Positions 58,159 through 64,000 of a stretch of 64,000 nucleotides of DNA are shown piece by piece. Source of the DNA: Candidatus Latescibacterota bacterium. Its GTDB lineage: Bacteria; Latescibacterota; UBA2968; UBA8231. The stretch's first letter is position 1, and each line of letters begins with the position of its first letter. The translations under genes and the position numbers were made by a program. Location: the NCBI GenBank assembly GCA_964291625.2, contig OZ220089.1, positions 3,104,001 through 3,168,000 on the forward strand. The letters run 5' to 3'. The notes beneath the pieces are model-generated. The model searched no databases. It saw only the letters and a program-made list of their open reading frames with translations, and was not told the DNA's origin.

Positions 58159-58970
58159 CAACCCCGTCCCTTCAGTGTGTCGAGGAACTCCAGGGACCGC
58201 AGACGGCCCCTCGTCCCCGCGTGGTACTCGAGAAAGCCGCGCAGCAGGCCGCGGATCTCGCCGGTGAGAGCCGCGGGCGCCGGCGGGATCGCCTCGCGCC
58301 TGTAGGCGCGCAGCCCCTGCAGCCCGGCCAGCAGCCGCATGCCATCGCCGGCGACCCGGCGGGCGCCGCCGAAGTCGCCGGGGGCCGCCCGGTCGGAGGC
58401 CGCCTCGGACCGGGCGCAGTCGCGGCACAGGCCGCCGCCGAGGGCGGGGCTGAACCAGCCGGGCCCACTCCCCGGCGGTGAGCCGCAGAGGACGCAGGCC
58501 TCCAGCTCGGGCCGGTATCCGAGGGCCTCGGCGACGCGCAGCTGGTAGTACCAGAACAGCGACTCCAGCTGCGGCTCCTCCACCTCCTCGAGGCCGCCGA
58601 GGACCCCCGTGAGACAGCGGAACAGGCGCCGGCTCGCCTCGTGCTCGATGGTCAGCCGGTCGACGATCTCGCAGGCGGCGGCGGCGTACGACAGGCGCCG
58701 CAGGTCGGCCACCAGGGCCGGGCGGGACCGGACCAGCTCGGCCTCGGAGAGGGTGTGCAGGTCGCGGTCGTCGCGCATGGAGCAGGCGATGTGCACCGAC
58801 CATCCGACCTCCAGGCAGCCGGCGAATCGGCTCTTCGGCCGCCGGGCGCCGTTGGCCATCACCCGGAGCTTGCCGTGGTCCTCGGTGAAGAGGGTGACGA
58901 GCTTGCCCGTCTCGCCCTGCCGCCGGGTGCGCAGAACCACCGCGTCGGTCCTGGCCTGGATGCGTGCCAA
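58158..58970 (-). CDS. recO: DNA repair protein RecO
   Basis: AVVLR...GET.KLVTLFT..HGK...GARRPKSRF, GYRPELEACVLC. Confidence 0.9.
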   Translation of the reverse strand: MARIQARTDAVVLRTRRQGETGKLVTLFTEDHGKLRVMANGARRPKSRFAGCLEVGWSVHIACSMRDDRDLHTLSEAELVRSRPALVADLRRLSYAAAACEIVDRLTIEHEASRRLFRCLTGVLGGLEEVEEPQLESLFWYYQLRVAEALGYRPELEACVLCGSPPGSGPGWFSPALGGGLCRDCARSEAASDRAAPGDFGGARRVAGDGMRLLAGLQGLRAYRREAIPPAPAALTGEIRGLLRGFLEYHAGTRGRLRSLEFLDTLKGRG

Positions 58971-58979
58971 GCGCCGCCG

Positions 58980-59336
58980 CTACTGGCCGCCGGGAGCTTC
59001 CTGTCCGCGGATGCGGTACAGCCGCTCTCCGGGCCTGGCCATGCCGAACTGCTCGCGGGCGACCTTCTCGAGGTACGCGGGGTCGCTCCGCAGCCGGTGG
59101 AGAATCTGCCGCATGCTGTCGTTCTGCGCCTCCAGGCGGGCCACTTCCGCCTCCAGCTCGGCCAGTCGCGCGCCGTGGTCCTGCAGCTCCACCCAGCCGC
59201 CCTCCTCGCCGAAGAACAGGTAGCCCCAGGCGGCGATCACGAGGAGGACGGCGGCCACCGTCCACAGCCGCACCCTCGGCGGCTCGGTGGCCAGGGGGTC
59301 GGTCGCCGGCGGGTCGTCGGGGGTCCGTCTGGCCAT
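58980..59336 (-). CDS. Septum formation initiator (FtsB/DivIC family)
   Basis: TM helix, coiled coil, YLEKVAREQFGMARPGE. Confidence 0.85.
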   Translation of the reverse strand: MARRTPDDPPATDPLATEPPRVRLWTVAAVLLVIAAWGYLFFGEEGGWVELQDHGARLAELEAEVARLEAQNDSMRQILHRLRSDPAYLEKVAREQFGMARPGERLYRIRGQEAPGGQ

Positions 59337-60439
59337 CAGGTGAGCACCAGGTCGTCGCGGTGGATCACTTCGAGGGGCGGCTGTCCGAGGATGCTGGCCA
59401 CCTCGGGCGAGCTGCGTCCGAGAATGCGGCCCACCTCCCCCGCGCCGTAGCGGCTCATGCCGCGGGCCACCTCGCGGCCCTGGTCGTCCTCCACGCGCAC
59501 CACGTCGCCGGCGCGGAAGGTTCCGGAGCAGGCGGTCACGCCCGCCGGCAGCAGGCTGCCGCCGCGCAGCTTGAGGGCGGCCACGGCGCCGGCGTCGACG
59601 GTGACGCTCCCCCGCGGCGGGGAGGCGAAGCCGATCCAGCGCTTGCGGCTGCCCATGCGCCGTCCCGCGGGCACGAAGAGCGTGCCCACCTCGCCGCCGT
59701 CGAGGATCTCGGCCAGGCTGTGCTTGCGGGCGTGGGCGATGACCGTCATCTCGCCGCACGCCATCAGCAGCCGCGCCGCCCTCACCTTGGTCGCCATGCC
59801 GCCGCGCCCCAGCCGGTTGGCGGCGCGGCTCACCGAGCGGCTGACGTCGTCTCCGAGGGAGACCTCGCGCAGCAACTCGTCTCCGCGGCCGTTGGCATAG
59901 CGGCGGTAGAGCCCCTCCACGTCGGAGAGGATGACCAGCAGCTCGGCATGGATCAGGTTGGCCACGTACGCGGCGAGCATGTCGTTGTCGCCCAGGGAGC
60001 GCTTCAGCTCGGCGACACCCACGGAGTCGTTCTCGTTGATCAGCGGCATCGCGCCGAGGGCGAACAGCTGCCGGAAGGTGTTGCGCAGGTTCACGTAGCG
60101 CTGCCGGTCCTCGAGTATGTCCCCCGCCGTCAGCAGGACCTGCCCCACGGGAACGCCGCGGCGGGCGAAGAGGCTCTCGTAGGTGGTGACCAGCAGGTTC
60201 TGGCCCACGGCGGCCACCGCCTGCAGATCGGCGATCGACCGGGGGCGCTCGCTCAGTCCCAGGCGGCCCATGCCCGCGGCCACCGCTCCCGAGGAGACGA
60301 CGGCCACCTCGAGGCCGCGCTCCCGGAGGGCGCAGACCTCGCCCACCAGCCGGCGCACGGTGGGTCGGTGCAGCTGGTTGGCCTCTCCGGCGACGCTCGT
60401 GGAGCCGATCTTGACGACCACCCGGCGCACGCCGGACAT
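59336..60439 (-). CDS. proB: Glutamate 5-kinase
   Basis: VVKIGS, VSSGAVAAG, INENDS, GDND, GGMATK, PUA domain. Confidence 0.95.
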   Translation of the reverse strand: MSGVRRVVVKIGSTSVAGEANQLHRPTVRRLVGEVCALRERGLEVAVVSSGAVAAGMGRLGLSERPRSIADLQAVAAVGQNLLVTTYESLFARRGVPVGQVLLTAGDILEDRQRYVNLRNTFRQLFALGAMPLINENDSVGVAELKRSLGDNDMLAAYVANLIHAELLVILSDVEGLYRRYANGRGDELLREVSLGDDVSRSVSRAANRLGRGGMATKVRAARLLMACGEMTVIAHARKHSLAEILDGGEVGTLFVPAGRRMGSRKRWIGFASPPRGSVTVDAGAVAALKLRGGSLLPAGVTACSGTFRAGDVVRVEDDQGREVARGMSRYGAGEVGRILGRSSPEVASILGQPPLEVIHRDDLVLT

Positions 60440-60474
60440 GCGCCGGGCCCGCGGCCGGGTCTCGGGTGCGTGGT

Positions 60475-61257
60475 TCACGTCTCGTAGTGGCGCACGGTGA
60501 CGCCGCGTTCGGCGAGGTACTCCTTCACCCGCGGAATGGTGTAGACCTCGAAGTGGAAGATCGACGCCGCCAGGGCGGCGCTCGCCTGCCCTTCGGTCAG
60601 GACCTCGTGGATGTGCTCCAGGGTGCCGGCGCCCCCGGAGGCGACGATGGGGACACCGACGCGTCCGGCCACCGCCCGGTTGAGGGCCAGGTCGTAGCCG
60701 TCTCTCGTGCCGTCGGCGTCGATGCTGTTGAGGACCAGCTCGCCGGCGCCCCGCTCGACCAGCTCCGTCACCCACTCCAGGGCGTCGATCCCCGTCGCCG
60801 TGCGCCCGCCGTCGACGTAGATCTCCCAACTCGGATCCTGGCCGTCGGCGGGAGGCCGCCGCAGGGCGTCGATGGCGCCGGCGATGCACTGGCTGCCAAA
60901 GCTCTCGGCGGAACGGTTGACGATCTCCGGGTCCCTCACGGCGGCGGAGTTGATGGAGACTTTGTCGGCGCCGCCCTTGAGAATGGTGCGCACGTCCTCG
61001 AAGGTACGGATTCCGCCGCCCACGGTGAGGGGGATGAAGACCTGCTCCGACACCTGGCGCACCAGGTCCATCACGATCGCCCGGCCGTCGGCGGAGGCGG
61101 TGATATCGTAGAACACCAGCTCGTCGGCGCCCTCGCGGTCGTAGCGCGAGGCCAGCTCCACCGGATCGCCGGCGTCGCGGTCGGCGGAGAAACGGACGCC
61201 GCGCACGTTGCGCCCGTCCTTCACGTCGAGGCAGGGGATGATGCGCTTGGCAAGCAT
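60475..61257 (-). CDS. hisF: Imidazole glycerol phosphate synthase cyclase subunit
   Basis: [32 protein letters not shown]. Confidence 0.97.
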   Translation of the reverse strand: MLAKRIIPCLDVKDGRNVRGVRFSADRDAGDPVELASRYDREGADELVFYDITASADGRAIVMDLVRQVSEQVFIPLTVGGGIRTFEDVRTILKGGADKVSINSAAVRDPEIVNRSAESFGSQCIAGAIDALRRPPADGQDPSWEIYVDGGRTATGIDALEWVTELVERGAGELVLNSIDADGTRDGYDLALNRAVAGRVGVPIVASGGAGTLEHIHEVLTEGQASAALAASIFHFEVYTIPRVKEYLAERGVTVRHYET

Positions 61258-61275
61258 GGCGCCGAGGCAGCCGAT

Positions 61276-61878
61276 CTATCGGAAAGCGGCGAAGTTGGCC
61301 AGCAGGCGCAGTCCCACCTTCTGGCTCTTCTCCGGATGGAACTGCACGCCGAAGAGGTTGCCGCGGGCGGCGATCGAGGTGTACTCGAGGCCGTACTCGG
61401 TGGTCGCCACCGACTCGCTGGCCTCCTCGGTTTCCACGTAGTAGGAGTGGACGAAGTAGAAGAAGCTGCCCTCCTCGACGCCCTCCAGCAGCGGGCACCG
61501 GCGCCGGATGGAGATCTGGTTCCAGCCGATCTGGGGCACCCGCTCCGACGCCGGGAATCGGCGGCAGCGGCCGGCGAACAACTCCAGTCCGGTGTGGCGC
61601 CCCATCTCCTCGCTGGCTGCGAACATCAGTTGCAGGCCGACGCAGATCCCGAGGAAGGGCCGGCCCTCCCGCAGGTGATCGGCGATCGCCTCGTCCCATC
61701 CGGAGGCGCGCAGGTTGCGCATGGCGTCGCCGAAGGCGGCGTCACCCGGAAGCACGAGATGCGTTGCATCCCGCGCCAGGGCCGGATCCTCGACGATGGC
61801 GGCCTCGTGGCCGAGGAACTGAAAGGCCTTCTCCACGCTGCGCAGGTTGCCCATGCCGTAGTCGGCGATGGCGATCAC
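61276..61878 (-). CDS. hisH: Imidazole glycerol phosphate synthase glutaminase subunit
   Basis: DYGMGNLRSV, LGICVGLQ, YFVHSY, QFHPEKS. Confidence 0.97.
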   Translation of the reverse strand: MIAIADYGMGNLRSVEKAFQFLGHEAAIVEDPALARDATHLVLPGDAAFGDAMRNLRASGWDEAIADHLREGRPFLGICVGLQLMFAASEEMGRHTGLELFAGRCRRFPASERVPQIGWNQISIRRRCPLLEGVEEGSFFYFVHSYYVETEEASESVATTEYGLEYTSIAARGNLFGVQFHPEKSQKVGLRLLANFAAFR

Positions 61879-61881
61879 GGC

Positions 61882-62712
61882 TCAGGTTCCCAGTTCCTTC
61901 GAGCGCCGCGTGGCGGCGGCCACGGCGGCTTGCAGGGCCTGGCGCAAGCCGCCTTCCTCCAGGGCCGTCAGTCCCGCGAGGGTGGTGCCGGCGGGGGAGG
62001 TCACCTGGTCCCGCAGCTCAGCCGGAGAGGCCACGCCTTCCTGGACCATGCGCGCCGCTCCGTTCACGGTTTGCGCCGCCAGGGCCATGGCCACCTCCGG
62101 CGCCAGCCCGGCCTCCACGCCTCCGTCGGCGAGCGCTTCGATAACGGTGTAGATGTAGGCGGGTCCGCTTCCCGACATTCCGGTGACGGCGTCCATCTGT
62201 GACTCGCGGACCTCCACCGTGGTACCCAGCCGGTCGAAGAGGGCTCGCACCGCGGCTACCGCCGCCGGGCCGGCGTGACGGCCGGCGCAGAGGGCGGTGG
62301 CGCCGGCGCGGAGGCGGATCAGGGTCTGGGGCATGACGCGCACCACGGCCCGGGAAGGCGGCAGGAGATCCTCGATGGTGGATGTGGTCACGCCGGCCAC
62401 GGCCGAAACGACGAGGTGCTCCCGGGACAGGTGGAGGGCGAGAGACCGCAGGACATGGCGGGCGACCTGCGGCTTGACGGCGAGGAAGGCGACATCGCTC
62501 GTGGAGACGGCGGAGATGTCGCTTGAGGTGCGCAGGCCGCGCTGAGCGAGGGGGGCGAGCAGGTCGTCGAGGAGATCCACCGCCGTCAGCCGATGGGCGG
62601 CGACACCGGAATCCAGCAGGCCCGAGATGAAGCAGCCGCCGAGATTGCCGGCGCCGATCACTGCGATGGTGGGCTCTGACGAGCTCGGCGTCACGGGGAC
62701 TCCATGTTCCAT
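61882..62712 (-). CDS. proC: Pyrroline-5-carboxylate reductase
   Basis: IGAGNLG, AVKPQ, SGSGPAY, VTSPAGTT; start uncertain (62712/62694). Confidence 0.92.
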   Translation of the reverse strand: MEHGVPVTPSSSEPTIAVIGAGNLGGCFISGLLDSGVAAHRLTAVDLLDDLLAPLAQRGLRTSSDISAVSTSDVAFLAVKPQVARHVLRSLALHLSREHLVVSAVAGVTTSTIEDLLPPSRAVVRVMPQTLIRLRAGATALCAGRHAGPAAVAAVRALFDRLGTTVEVRESQMDAVTGMSGSGPAYIYTVIEALADGGVEAGLAPEVAMALAAQTVNGAARMVQEGVASPAELRDQVTSPAGTTLAGLTALEEGGLRQALQAAVAAATRRSKELGT

Positions 62713-62823
62713 GTGGAGGATGGAATGGGGACTTGCAGAAAGTACCCATCCCACGACTCGCGCTGCAAGGGGAATCGCCCCGTACAGTCGGGTCATTCCC
62801 CTCTGTACGCATACCATTTCTGC

Positions 62824-62853
62824 TTGACGGACTCGAAGCGCTTTGGCTATCTT
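62824..62853 (+). promoter_or_regulatory. Putative sigma70 promoter for the H1/SWIB gene
   Basis: TTGACG-18 nt-TATCTT in the intergenic region. Confidence 0.4.
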
Positions 62854-62961
62854 TGCCCGAATTGTGATTTGTGCCTTTCCAGGAGTGGGGAAGTTCTTCC
62901 GACGGGCACAACGACAGGCGAGGCGGCAGAGCCGCTCCACGCGCACCTAAGGAGAGAGCAG

Positions 62962-63453
62962 ATGGCGAAGCGCAAGGCCACAAAGAAGAAAGCGGCCAAG
63001 AGGAAGGCCGCGCCGAAGAAGGCGGCGAAGAAGAAGGCCGCCAGGAAGAAGGCGGCCAGGAAGGCCGCGCCGAAGAAGGCGGCGAAGAAGAAGGCCGCCA
63101 AGAAGAAGGCGTCGAAGAAGAAAGCGTCGAAGAAGAAGGCCGCCAAGAAGAAGGCGTCGAAGAAGAGAGCAAAAAAAAAAGCCGCTAGGAAGAGGGCGAA
63201 GAGGAAGCCGAACCCCTCGTTCATGAGGCCCCTGACCCCCGATGCGGCGCTGGCCGCCGTGGTGGGCACCAAGCCCCTGCCTCGGACGGAGGTCGTCAAG
63301 AAGCTCTGGTCCTACATCAAGCGGAAAGACCTCCAGAACAAGCAGAACAAGCGGATGATCAATGCCGACGACAAGCTCAGCGATCTGTTCGGCGGCAAGA
63401 AGCAGGTCAGCATGTTCGAGATGACCAAGCTCGTGAGCCAGCATCTCAGCTGA
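62962..63453 (+). CDS. Histone H1-like Lys/Ala-rich protein fused to SWIB/MDM2 domain
   Basis: AAGGAG RBS; KKAA repeats then LAAVVG..PLPRTEVVKKLWSYIK..LQ...RMINAD..L. Confidence 0.9.
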   Translation: MAKRKATKKKAAKRKAAPKKAAKKKAARKKAARKAAPKKAAKKKAAKKKASKKKASKKKAAKKKASKKRAKKKAARKRAKRKPNPSFMRPLTPDAALAAVVGTKPLPRTEVVKKLWSYIKRKDLQNKQNKRMINADDKLSDLFGGKKQVSMFEMTKLVSQHLS

Positions 63454-63485
63454 CCCGGCGTCATCCGCAGGACAGCACTCGATCG

Positions 63486-63522
63486 AGAAGAGGAGCTCCC
63501 CGACCCCGGGAGCTCCTCTTCT
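63486..63522. terminator. Intrinsic terminator hairpin
   Basis: Perfect 15-bp stem agaagaggagctccc / gggagctcctcttct after the SWIB gene. Confidence 0.8.
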
Positions 63523-63548
63523 TGTTATATTGACACCCCATGGCTCGA

Positions 63549-64000
63549 ATGAACCCGCCTGCCCTGGTCGCTCTCGCCGACGGCACGACCTTCACCGGCA
63601 CCCACGTCGGCGCCGAGGGCGAGGTCTTCGGCGAGATGGTCTTCAACACGAGCATGACAGGGTACCAGGAGATCCTCACCGATCCCTCGTACGCCGGCCA
63701 GATGGTGTGCATGACCTACCCCCACATCGGCAACTACGGGGTCAACCCCGAGGATGACGAGTCCGAGAGGCCCCACGTGCGCGCCTTTTTGATGAAGGCG
63801 TGCTGCCGGCGGCCGTCCAACCACCGGGCTACATCGGGCCTGGTGGAATACCTGCAGGAGCATGGCGTCGTCGGCGTCGAGGGCACCGATACGCGGGAGT
63901 TGACCCGCCGGGTGCGGATCCACGGCGCCATGAACGCGGCGGTCAGCACGCGGGATCTCGACCCGAAGAGCCTCACCGCCAAGGCCAGGGACTGGGAGGG
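63549..64000 (+). CDS. carA: Carbamoyl-phosphate synthase small subunit (5' part)
   Basis: Own translation: ALADGTTF.G...GEMVFNTSMTGYQEILTDPSYAGQ...YPHIGNYG. Confidence 0.95.
   Translation, partial: MNPPALVALADGTTFTGTHVGAEGEVFGEMVFNTSMTGYQEILTDPSYAGQMVCMTYPHIGNYGVNPEDDESERPHVRAFLMKACCRRPSNHRATSGLVEYLQEHGVVGVEGTDTRELTRRVRIHGAMNAAVSTRDLDPKSLTAKARDWE

Noticed and set aside
62980-63200. Tandem aagaaggccgc-type repeats resembling a CRISPR array or satellite
   Set aside because: No unique spacers; they are in-frame codons for the KKAA repeats. No cas genes in the window

Overview
High-GC bacterial chromosome segment. Secreted proteins with FlgD-Ig/T9SS-like tails, an SWGxLK tail, NHL and YWTD propellers, PhyH and a homodimeric GlyRS suggest an FCB-superphylum organism such as Latescibacterota, possibly a sponge symbiont; this is inference. 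The left two-thirds is accessory. It holds dehydrogenases, TA modules, a DUF1538x2/P-II/CBS operon, helicase IV, secreted proteins, DNA polymerase II and an ATPase+DUF4276 pair. The standout is a putative sterol-modification/transport cluster at ~16.3-27.9 kb: TolC-MFP-RND, a GPP34(GOLPH3)-cytochrome P450 fusion, a sterol C-24-methyltransferase, a flavin oxidoreductase and a convergent Neverland/KshA-like Rieske enzyme. A rearranged patch at 41.8-45.1 kb carries a Phd-PIN TA module flanked by a duplicated gene start, plus a decayed second phd copy. The right third is housekeeping: prpBC, purA, serA, engB, clpX, clpP, tig, tRNA-Leu, glyQS, recO, proB, hisFH, proC, an H1-like/SWIB gene and carA. 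Two genes have single-base frameshifts in short homopolymers. All calls come from motif recognition by eye; no searches were run.
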